From Thermoplasmata archaeon (GTDB lineage Archaea > Thermoplasmatota > Thermoplasmata > Lutacidiplasmatales > UBA184), in NCBI GenBank assembly GCA_052326485.1, contig JBKQMS010000015.1, positions 5,492 to 69,491 on the forward strand: a DNA stretch of 64,000 nt, written 5' to 3'. Under the pieces are notes generated by a model. It searched no databases. It had not been told where the DNA came from and saw only the letters and a program-made list of their open reading frames with translations. The position numbers and the translations under genes are program-made. Of this stretch, positions 56,757 through 64,000 are shown in pieces. The stretch's first letter is position 1, and each line of letters opens with the position of its first letter.

Positions 56757-57476
56757 ATGATGGATCCCGCTGGCGAGCAGTTCTTCCCTAACGGACTCCG
56801 AAATCCATCGTCCGTTCTGTTTTCCGGGACCAGCCGGTCGTTGCTGAAGTGGGTCGCCTTCGCCTCTCTCGCCCCCTACTCCTCGCGGGTCTTCTGGACT
56901 GACCTTCGTCTGCCGGGGGAGGTTCTCGACCCACTCGACCCGATGGCTCGCCAGGTCATTCCGGAGAACGCGGTGGACGTTGTCCCGCCCGGGGACCTTC
57001 GACCCGAGGAACAGGAGGCCCGCCTCGCGGAGGCGGCCTCAGCGACCATGTTCCCGTCCGACGAGGCTCCCGAATCGGTCCGAGGGATCATCGAGTTCAT
57101 TCGGATGCCCTGGCATACGCAGCAGCGGATCTTGGCGACGTTTCGGCCGGGAGAGCCAACGATCCTCGTTTGTGCGAACGCCGACCGCCTCGTCGGAGTG
57201 TTTCCGGACAAGGGCGTCGCGCCGCTGATCCGGTCGATAGTGAACGCGGGGGTGGTCATCGTCGGCCTCTGGGGAAGTCCCGCAAGTCCCTTCGATCCGG
57301 TGTTTGACGTGCTGTTTCGCGTGGAGGGCGTCGGCCCGGCGGCCTGGCGAGATGCTACCATCAGGTGCGAGAAAGGTACCTCCGCTGGCACGCTCGCGGC
57401 CGGAACGGCCCACCGTCTGGCTGAGGTGGGACCCATCGCAATGATCCTCGAGAAACTCATTCCGACCCCGCCTTAG
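56757..57476 (+). CDS. hypothetical protein
   Basis: 239-aa ORF with an ATG start and coding-like third-position G+C. gtttatc lies about 35 nt upstream. No family recognised with confidence. Confidence 0.45.
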   Translation: MMDPAGEQFFPNGLRNPSSVLFSGTSRSLLKWVAFASLAPYSSRVFWTDLRLPGEVLDPLDPMARQVIPENAVDVVPPGDLRPEEQEARLAEAASATMFPSDEAPESVRGIIEFIRMPWHTQQRILATFRPGEPTILVCANADRLVGVFPDKGVAPLIRSIVNAGVVIVGLWGSPASPFDPVFDVLFRVEGVGPAAWRDATIRCEKGTSAGTLAAGTAHRLAEVGPIAMILEKLIPTPP

Positions 57477-57559
57477 AACTCGGTCGTGACCCGACCGACC
57501 CGCGCCCCCGACCGGGGATACTCCGCCATAGACCCGAGCCACATTTCTCTGACGTGAAA

Positions 57560-57870
57560 CCAGCTCGCCTGGGCCGGGGGGTTCTTCCTCGCCTCAACGC
57601 GTGCTATTGTGACCTCGCACTGCCGATCGACCTCGCCCACTCTCGGAGGGATGTGCTCGGGCCACGCAGAGAACGAACCTTCCGATTCTGAACTGACGGA
57701 AAGGGTGCCTCCGCAGCTACGGGATATGAGGCAAAACGTGGTGTCGGAAGGGGGAACCACGGAGCAAGCCAAGCTCGCGAGCATTGGATCCCCCCAATAA
57801 CCAACCCCGTCGTTAGAAATCGGAGCGAAGGTCTGCGTCCACCCCCCTCACCGGGGTAGCAGAGGGATTG
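57560..57870. ncRNA. candidate structured RNA or MITE-like hairpin element (longest copy of the intergenic family), unclassified
   Basis: Lies in a 487-bp gene-free gap. 57664-57699 pairs with 57807-57838 for about 28 bp by hand folding, with GAACGAA (57671-57677) left as a bulge. Three short hairpins occupy the apical 107 nt. The transcribed strand is not known. Confidence 0.35.
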
Positions 57871-57963
57871 AGATCCTGTGAAGGTCCACCGCGTGAGGAG
57901 TTTCCTCGATACCATCGTGTACCACCTTCGCTCTACCCGGTGAGAAGGACCGCGAGAGAATCC

Positions 57964-59238
57964 ATGGCGAAGGATACACTGACGGTGAGGGACGATAGGA
58001 CCGGCAAAGAGTATGTGATGCCTGTCAAAGATGGTTCGGTTCAGTCCAACCTGTTTTCGAAGATCAAGACCTCTGACAGCGACCCCGGCCTGCTGACGTA
58101 CGACCCAGGCTTCACGGACACCGCCTCGTGCCGGAGTGCTATCACCTACTTGGACGGCGACAAGGGGATTCTTCGGTACCGCGGCTATCCCATCGAGGAG
58201 CTGGCCGAGAAGAAGAGCTACCTCGAAGTAGCCTACCTCCTGGTGCACGGAGAGCTACCGACCCCGAACGAGTATGCGGAATGGGTCCGCAACATCAACG
58301 CCCGGTCGTGGGTGTACGAGAACATGAAGACGTTCATCAGCGGCTTCAACTACGACGCCCACCCGATGGGGGTTCTGGTCTCCACGCTGGCCGCGTTCTC
58401 GACTTTCTATCCCGACGCCAAGAAGGTCCATGACACGAGTTCAAGAGACTTGCAGACCTACCGGCTGATCGGCAAGGTCCCGACCCTGGCTGCCTTCGCG
58501 TACCGGCATTCTCTCGGAAGGCCCTACATTGACCCGTCCGTCGACCTTGGCTACACGGAGAACTTCCTGACGATGCTCTTCCGTCCCTCCCTGACCGTCA
58601 AGTACGTGCCCGACCCGGTGGTCGCGAAGGCATTGGACGTCCTTTTCGTGCTCCACGCGGACCACGAGCAGAACTGCAGCACGAACGTGATGCGGAGCAT
58701 CGCAAGCTCCCTCTCCGACCCCTTCAGCTGCGCTGCCGGAGCTGCCGCGGCCCTCTATGGTCCATCCCATGGTGGGGCGAACGAGCAGGTGGTGAGGATG
58801 CTAGAGGAGATCGGGTCCGTCGATAAGGTCCCCGCCCTCATCCAGGAGGTCAAGGCGGGAAAGAGGAGGCTCATGGGCTTTGGCCACAGGGTCTACAAGA
58901 GCTACGACCCCAGGGCCCGGATCATCAAGAAGGAGGCCGACAAGGTGTTCGAAGTCCTGGGCAAGAACCCGCTCCTGGATATCGCCCTCGAGCTGGAGAG
59001 GGTCGCGCTCTCGGACGAGTATTTCATCAGCCGGAAGCTCTACCCCAACGTCGACTTCTACTCCGGGCTGATCTACCAGACCCTCGGTTTCCCGATCGGA
59101 GGGTACCCCGTGCTCTTTGCGATCCCCAGGATGTCGGGTTGGGTTTCCCAGTGGCGAGAACAGATGGCGGACCCCGAACTGAAGATAGCGCGTCCCCGTC
59201 AGGTGTACACGGGCCCCCCAGAGAGACACCTTACCTGA
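57964..59238 (+). CDS. gltA: citrate synthase
   Basis: Start moved to ATG 57964 (MAKDTLTVRDDRTGKEY...). GFGHRVYKSYDPRA active-site motif. 424 aa. Confidence 0.93.
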   Translation: MAKDTLTVRDDRTGKEYVMPVKDGSVQSNLFSKIKTSDSDPGLLTYDPGFTDTASCRSAITYLDGDKGILRYRGYPIEELAEKKSYLEVAYLLVHGELPTPNEYAEWVRNINARSWVYENMKTFISGFNYDAHPMGVLVSTLAAFSTFYPDAKKVHDTSSRDLQTYRLIGKVPTLAAFAYRHSLGRPYIDPSVDLGYTENFLTMLFRPSLTVKYVPDPVVAKALDVLFVLHADHEQNCSTNVMRSIASSLSDPFSCAAGAAAALYGPSHGGANEQVVRMLEEIGSVDKVPALIQEVKAGKRRLMGFGHRVYKSYDPRARIIKKEADKVFEVLGKNPLLDIALELERVALSDEYFISRKLYPNVDFYSGLIYQTLGFPIGGYPVLFAIPRMSGWVSQWREQMADPELKIARPRQVYTGPPERHLT

Positions 59239-59392
59239 GGAGCGGCATTCGACTACCGGTGCGCCTGCGAGGAGCGCGCGAGGCCGCGCGGAGGGCGACG
59301 CGGCGCCTCGTCCGAAGACGTACGCGTTCCAACGGCGGGAATGCCTCACGCTACGGACGAAGTTTCGAAGACGCCATCACGTAGGGGTCAGG

Positions 59393-59500
59393 TGCCGGGG
59401 CCACGCCTGGAACGAATCTTCGGATTCTATACCGACCGCGTCGGGCGACCGAAGCTCACGATCAGGGGACCCTCCCGTCGTACAAACCCCTCCTTAGAAA
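59393..59500 (+). repeat. intergenic element copy C
   Basis: 59393-59428 vs 63225-63260 is 32/36 identical. 59398-59428 vs 57659-57689 is 26/31 identical. The downstream cccgtcgta...ttagaaaacgg resembles ccccgtcgttagaaatcgg at 57805-57823. Confidence 0.6.
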
Positions 59501-59684
59501 ACGGTGTGAGCGGTCGACTCGATGGGCTCTAACTAGGCAACGAGCCGGTATTCCTTCACTCACCTACCTGTCTTTGACCGAGCAATCGGTTTCCTGGGTC
59601 ATGAGTCCGAACAAGAAGGTCGTCGAGAGCTACTTCGCAAAGGGGGGCCGGAGTATATCCGAACCCCTGCCTAGGAGGTAATCC

Positions 59685-60278
59685 ATGGCTCGAAAGATCA
59701 CCGCCAGTCTGTACATGACCCTGGACGGACGCGGCGCGTTCCCGAAGTACCCGGGCTCGGACCGGGAGACGAAGGTGCCCAACGACATGTGGCGTGAGAT
59801 GTGGATCAACCGGTTCGACGACGTCACCACCGTGATCATGGGTCGAAGGTCGTTCACCGGCCATCGGAGAGTCTGGACCGAGAAGGCACGGCAGCCGGAC
59901 GACGCACAGTACCTCGTCGACTATTCGCGTTGGCTCGACCGTGTCGACAAGGTCTGCCTCTCGACCCGCCTGAGGTCGCCAGGATGGGAGAACTCGCGGA
60001 TCATGAAGGGGGATCTCGCCAAGATCGTGGCGAAGCTGAAGCGGGAGAAGGGTGGAAACATCATCGCGGAGGGCGGCCCGCGCTTAATCCTCGAGTTCAT
60101 CCGGCGAGATCTTGCCGACGACTACTGGATGGTCGTCCAGCCCGTCATCTACGGTCAGGGTCCCAATTACTGGGGCGCTTTGAGCAAGCAGCGGACGTTG
60201 AAGCTCCTCTCCTCGAAGACGATGGAGGATGGAGAGCTCATGCTCCACTACGAATCGGTCCGAGGGAAGTGGAAGTAG
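59685..60278 (+). CDS. dihydrofolate-reductase-like (RibD C-terminal domain) family protein
   Basis: 197 aa. MARKITASLYMTLDGR... and ...IIAEGGPRLILEFIRRDLADDYWMVVQPVIYGQG follow the RibD_C/YwjB-like pattern. Confidence 0.8.
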   Translation: MARKITASLYMTLDGRGAFPKYPGSDRETKVPNDMWREMWINRFDDVTTVIMGRRSFTGHRRVWTEKARQPDDAQYLVDYSRWLDRVDKVCLSTRLRSPGWENSRIMKGDLAKIVAKLKREKGGNIIAEGGPRLILEFIRRDLADDYWMVVQPVIYGQGPNYWGALSKQRTLKLLSSKTMEDGELMLHYESVRGKWK

Positions 60279-60379
60279 CGAGGCGGCGGACCAAGTGGGT
60301 GCAGGGCGCGTTGCATCCACTCGCCGTCATCCCAAGGATGAAGTCAACCCAGGGGAGAGGCGCGTGCCCCCCCTCGTGA

Positions 60380-61270
60380 TCAGCGCTTGAGGTAGAACTG
60401 CATCTCTCTCGAATACGTCAGGAAGAACCAGTGTAGGAACGGACGGGCGTCCCCCCCCGTGCTCGCGAGCTCCAACGCCCGATAGTACCTCCGCCGTCGT
60501 GTGTAGGTGATATTGATCATCGGGAACCCGTTCCGGGCCAGGAGTGCGTTCATCAAGAGTCGACCGACACGGCCGTTTCCATCGCCAAAAGGATGAATAT
60601 GCTCGAAACGGAAGTGAACCTCAGCCGCGAGCTGAACCGGGTGGACCGTGGGTGCGGAACGCATAGACCACCGAAGGAGCTCGATGAGCATTGGCCGCAC
60701 CTCAAATGAGGAGGGCGGTACGTGGCGGCTCCCCCGGATCATCACTTCATAATCTCGAATGCGGCCAGCGATGTCCGGTTTCGTCTCCGCGAAGAGCTCC
60801 TTGTGCCAACGCAACAGGTGAGCTAGGTCTATGACCTCCGGTTGCCGAATGAGGCGTTGGACGAGCTGCGCGTGCTTCTTCGCTTCGAGGGTGTCGTTCA
60901 GAGGCCTCGAGGTCGAGGTGATCCCTCGTTCGAGCAGTAATCGAGTATCGTTGAGGGAGAGGGTTGATCCTTCAATTCGGTTCGTATCGTAGGTGAATTG
61001 GAGAACGAAATCCTCGGTCTCCTTTTCGCGAACTGATTGTGGCAACCCATCCAATCGCTTCTGGTACGCGGCCCTGATCGAGTCAAAACGCGCGAACCAC
61101 GTCGCCTTCCAGATAGCTTCTTCGAGGGTATGTCGAGCTGTTGCGAGATCCTTGGGAATCGATGTCCCCAAGTACAATTGCCTCTTGCGAACCACCCCAT
61201 CCCATCGGTACGATTGGACCAGATAACGGTAGGACCGACCGCCCCGTCTGACCGTCCGAACGGTAGCCAT
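60380..61270 (-). CDS. Fic-family protein (class II, internal inhibitory motif)
   Basis: Start moved to ATG 61268-61270. Fic motif HPFGDGNGRVGR. Upstream TNRIEG fits the [ST]xxxE[GN] inhibitory-helix motif. About 50% G+C in the hand-counted line 60381-60440. Confidence 0.88.
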   Translation of the reverse strand: MATVRTVRRGGRSYRYLVQSYRWDGVVRKRQLYLGTSIPKDLATARHTLEEAIWKATWFARFDSIRAAYQKRLDGLPQSVREKETEDFVLQFTYDTNRIEGSTLSLNDTRLLLERGITSTSRPLNDTLEAKKHAQLVQRLIRQPEVIDLAHLLRWHKELFAETKPDIAGRIRDYEVMIRGSRHVPPSSFEVRPMLIELLRWSMRSAPTVHPVQLAAEVHFRFEHIHPFGDGNGRVGRLLMNALLARNGFPMINITYTRRRRYYRALELASTGGDARPFLHWFFLTYSREMQFYLKR

Positions 61271-61328
61271 TGTGACACCCACACTATGACAACGTTATCG
61301 ATAGTATCTATATAATGTGGGTGTCACA
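61271..61328. promoter_or_regulatory. 13-bp perfect inverted repeat enclosing an AT-rich bidirectional promoter region
   Basis: tgtgacacccaca (61271-61283) and tgtgggtgtcaca (61316-61328) are exact reverse complements. Between them lie the palindrome tatcgata and ctatataat. The left arm abuts the Fic ATG. Confidence 0.55.
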
Positions 61329-61390
61329 CAATCTGGAACGTCCGGCGAGAAGGTGTGCTCTCGATTGCACCTACCGGGAGAGAACAAGCA

Positions 61391-62209
61391 ATGGGCGAGG
61401 CAGGGTTCGAGAACATCCCGCGCAAACCTCCAAATCAACGTCGCTTCGATTGGCTTATCGGAGCCAGGAGTGTGGGAGCGGGGATGAGCGGGTCGGCGAC
61501 CGAGCAGGGTTCTCGCTCGCTTCTCCCCGTCACGATCCGTAGGGCCTCGGTTACCGGCCGGTTCTACTTGGTCTACGGGACTGCCATCAGCCTGTTGCTC
61601 GGTGTTCTCCTAGCGCATTTCTCGGGGACTTCCTTCGCGACCTCGTATCCTCTCTTCCTGCCGATCTTCGGAGTCGTCGGGTCGATGGGAGCGCTCCTGG
61701 TCTTCACGAGCGACCGGACGAAGGGAGTCCTCGAGTATCTGCTCGCCTACGGGTACTCGCCCCGTCAACTATTCGCGAATGTCTTGCTGACGACGTTGAT
61801 CCTCGTGAGCATCGTCGTGGGGATCGGCGTCCCCGTGAGCTTGGGTGTCTACTTCGCGGGGGGGCACACCGTCACCAGCACTCTGGCCATCAGTATGGGG
61901 CTCTACGCGGTTCCCATGACGTTCGCTTGCGCGGCATTCGCATGCACGGTCGGGGTCTATTGGACGGCGCTCTCCTCTCTCCGGCAAGGAATCAACAGTC
62001 CGGTCGGACTCATTCCCTTCATCGGGATCCTCCCGGCCTTGGTCACGCTCTTCGTGATCATTGCGTCCGCACTATCCGGCCCTCTCTCCACCACGACCCT
62101 TCTCCTGATTCTCGGGTCCGCGATGGGGCTGGTCGTGGTATTCGTGATCGTTTTGCTCGTGAGCATGGGACGGCTCCTTCGGCGCGAGCGGTTCCTCTCG
62201 CCGGCGTAG
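61391..62209 (+). CDS. ABC-2-type transporter permease
   Basis: I chose ATG 61391 as the start. Six hydrophobic segments. DRTKGVLEYLLAYGYSPRQLF is a typical ABC-2 loop. Confidence 0.6.
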   Translation: MGEAGFENIPRKPPNQRRFDWLIGARSVGAGMSGSATEQGSRSLLPVTIRRASVTGRFYLVYGTAISLLLGVLLAHFSGTSFATSYPLFLPIFGVVGSMGALLVFTSDRTKGVLEYLLAYGYSPRQLFANVLLTTLILVSIVVGIGVPVSLGVYFAGGHTVTSTLAISMGLYAVPMTFACAAFACTVGVYWTALSSLRQGINSPVGLIPFIGILPALVTLFVIIASALSGPLSTTTLLLILGSAMGLVVVFVIVLLVSMGRLLRRERFLSPA

Positions 62210-62228
62210 GGGGTGCGGTCAGTTGTCC

Positions 62229-63122
62229 ATGGGGTCGGTTACGAATGTGCCGGATTCGTCCGGTTCGGCCGGGAGTGGCGTGGGGATCGACTGTCGGTCG
62301 GTCACCGCGGGGTACCTCGGCTCGAGGGTCCTCCGGCAGATCTCGTTTCGGATCACGGAGCCGTCGATCTACGTCGTTCTCGGGCCGAACGGCGCCGGGA
62401 AGACCACGCTCTTTCGAACCTTGGCGGGGATCCTACGGCCCTACGAAGGCGAGGTGTACATCGGCGGAGAACCGATCGATCGTCAGTCGTCCCGCGACCG
62501 GTTACACTATCTCACTCACATGGACGGGTTGCCGGATGGGTTGCCGGTGCGCGAGGCCCTCGAGTTCTTCGCGCGGGCCGAGGGGGCTCAGTCCCAAGAT
62601 GTGGACCGCGTGCTCGACCAGCTCGAGATTCGCGAGTTGAGCGCGAAGTTTCCCTCCCAATTGAGCTCCGGACAGCGCAAACGAGTCTCGATCGCCCGCG
62701 TGTTCCTTCGAGAGCGGTCGATCTATCTCCTGGACGAGCCGACCGCCAATCTGGACCCGAAGGTGGCGCGCGAGATCCGGGAACTCATCCTGAAACTGAG
62801 CCGCGAAAAGATCGTGCTGTACTCTTCGCACAACCTCTTCGAGGCGCGCGAGATCGGCCGTTACGTTCTGGTAATCAAGTCGGGCCAGATCTTCCGCTTC
62901 GACCGTATCGAGAACGTGCGGGGTTCGCGCTACGTCCTTGGGATTCGGGTGCTCCAGCCTTCCCCCGCGCTCGCGGCCTACGACCATGAAGGGGAGTACT
63001 ATCTGCGGGAGCTAACTGGCCCCGAGGAAGTGCCCGCGGTTCTTCGTGAGCTGATGGCTCAGGGCGTCCAGATTCGTGAGGCGCGCGAAATGGAGAACCC
63101 TCTCGAGGACCTGTTCACTTGA
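62229..63122 (+). CDS. ABC transporter ATP-binding protein
   Basis: Walker A GPNGAGKTT, signature LSSGQRKRVSIAR, Walker B LLDEPT. Confidence 0.88.
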   Translation: MGSVTNVPDSSGSAGSGVGIDCRSVTAGYLGSRVLRQISFRITEPSIYVVLGPNGAGKTTLFRTLAGILRPYEGEVYIGGEPIDRQSSRDRLHYLTHMDGLPDGLPVREALEFFARAEGAQSQDVDRVLDQLEIRELSAKFPSQLSSGQRKRVSIARVFLRERSIYLLDEPTANLDPKVAREIRELILKLSREKIVLYSSHNLFEAREIGRYVLVIKSGQIFRFDRIENVRGSRYVLGIRVLQPSPALAAYDHEGEYYLRELTGPEEVPAVLRELMAQGVQIREAREMENPLEDLFT

Positions 63123-63224
63123 GGGGCCCAAACAGATTGTGGTCTAGAGGGTGCTCAACGGTTTCCTCGCCGAGCCGGATGGGTGCGAGTACTATGGCAC
63201 ACCCAACGATTCTCGAAAGGGGAG

Positions 63225-63262
63225 TGTCGGGGCCACGCATAGAACGAATCTTCGGAATCTGG
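63225..63262 (+). repeat. intergenic element copy D (short)
   Basis: tgtcggggccacgcatagaacgaatcttcggaatct is 32/36 identical to 59393-59428. Confidence 0.6.
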
Positions 63263-63456
63263 GCTGATCGAATCCGACACGTTTGTTTTAGGGACGGCTC
63301 GCCTGGCTCATCGCGGAGTTGTCACTATGACGCAGGAAGAACGGTGATGTCGAAGGATCGAGCGACCCAGTTCGGACGGTCCGAATCGCTGGCTCTCGCG
63401 GCGGGTGCCTTACTGGACTCGGTGCTCATGACGGTCCTCGATGGGAGAACGCGACG

Positions 63457-63678
63457 ATGACCGCGGTCCTCCCGCCCACGGTCGGTCACTCGTTCCATGC
63501 GAAGACGGTCGACGGGAGCATCGAGCCCGTTGGCCGATGCACCTTATGCGGATGTCCACAATCCTCCGCCCAGAACCTTCCGACCTGTGAGAGCTACAAG
63601 AAGCTCCAGCAGTCGGTCAGCGACACGTTCGACTCTGGGGCTCGTCGCGACCCGTACAGTCAGAAGGCGACGAAGTGA
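63457..63678 (+). CDS. hypothetical small Cys-rich protein
   Basis: 73 aa with an ATG start. ATGA overlap with an upstream short ORF. About 78% third-position G+C by hand count. Contains CTLCGC...C. Confidence 0.35.
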   Translation: MTAVLPPTVGHSFHAKTVDGSIEPVGRCTLCGCPQSSAQNLPTCESYKKLQQSVSDTFDSGARRDPYSQKATK

Positions 63679-64000
63679 TCCCGACCGGCCTCGGGGCGAG
63701 GCCTTTCGCCTGTGCGCTCCTCGCGCTCGATAATTCGACCGCCAGAGCGCGTGGGGCCGCGCTGAGATAGACGCGATGCCGCCCCCCGGTGAGGAAGGCC
63801 CCCCGAACGCGGGCGGGTGTGGGGCCTGAAGTAGTCCCTGCGCCTACCGGATACGACATGCCGAAGAAGGGCGGGAAGGGGAAGAAGACAAAGAAGCGAT
63901 AGCGGCCGGTCCGACCGTTATCGTTCTCGCCAAGGGGATTGCTTGCGCGGACCTCTCGCCCCGCTCATGCGAGTGGGGGATGTCCGCGGATTCCCGCCGG

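Noticed and set aside
56757-57476. Degenerate KaiC/RecA-like ATPase
   Set aside because: VLFSGTSRS loosely resembles a decayed Walker A, and the C-terminal half has a RecA-like strand pattern. The match is too weak to assert without a profile search, so I left it as hypothetical.
57560-57870. Signal recognition particle (7S) RNA
   Set aside because: A long rod-like helix and the stretches GUCGGAA...ACGGAGCAAGCC and GGCCGGGGGGUUC are reminiscent of SRP RNA. However, the conserved 5' CAGG of the helix-8 symmetric loop is missing (GGUG is present instead). The apex folds into three hairpins rather than two. Pieces of the arms are repeated at five or more other loci. I keep it as an unclassified ncRNA/repeat candidate pending a covariance-model search.
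59341-59532. Paralogous small proteins sharing GPR[LI]ERIFG (59341..59532 and 63119..63460)
   Set aside because: The shared block is also present at 57659-57689, where the same frame hits a stop. Third-position G+C of both ORFs over the shared part is only about 55-60%, and similarity ends within about 20 codons. I interpret it as a nucleotide-level repeat (copies C and D) rather than coding homology.
63858-63902. 14-codon Lys-rich mini-ORF MPKKGGKGKKTKKR
   Set aside because: It superficially resembles tiny basic ribosomal proteins. It is too short, matches no family I can recall, and has no recognisable promoter or SD. The evidence is not sufficient.
1-64000. CRISPR arrays, rRNA genes, integrases/transposases, toxin-antitoxin pairs and recognisable defence systems
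   Set aside because: Reading the window, I saw no regularly spaced short direct repeats, no rRNA-like conserved stretches, and no ORF with integrase, transposase, Cas or nuclease-helicase hallmarks. The only addiction-like candidate, the Fic gene, carries its own inhibitory motif and has no partner antitoxin ORF.

Overview
High-GC archaeal chromosomal segment (about 65% G+C in hand-counted 60-nt lines), densely packed with about 65 protein genes on both strands. TBP, Orc1/Cdc6, aIF-1A, RPA, a class-I CCA-adding enzyme and Bud32 show that it is archaeal. Most content is housekeeping or central metabolism: aconitase, citrate synthase, PdxS, PyrF, LipA, Tmk, agmatinase, Nnr, an acyl-CoA dehydrogenase-EtfB-EtfA-FixC block plus an acyl-CoA synthetase, three MFS transporters, and a glycyl-radical enzyme with its activase. 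The ORF track cannot show several non-coding signals. (1) A clear TPP (THI-box) riboswitch lies on the minus strand in front of a ThiBPQ-like ABC importer. (2) A family of related plus-oriented elements sits in at least seven unusually long intergenic gaps. The longest copy (about 57.56-57.87 kb) folds into a roughly 28-bp rod-like hairpin. Two short copies bracket a low-GC islet carrying Fic, a DHFR-like gene and an ABC exporter. (3) Perfect inverted repeats sit between divergent TATA boxes. Notable gene-level observations are a chorismate mutase divergent from a U32-family protein, a CADD-type (self-sacrificing pABA synthase-like) protein, an orphan LarB, and a THUMP-less ThiI-like PP-loop protein. 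I recognised no rRNA, tRNA, CRISPR array, integrase or transposase. Many long ORFs in the six-frame track are antisense or out-of-frame artefacts of high GC. Several real genes start well inside the listed ORF, and I moved those starts by hand. All homology statements come from motif recognition by eye, not from database searches.
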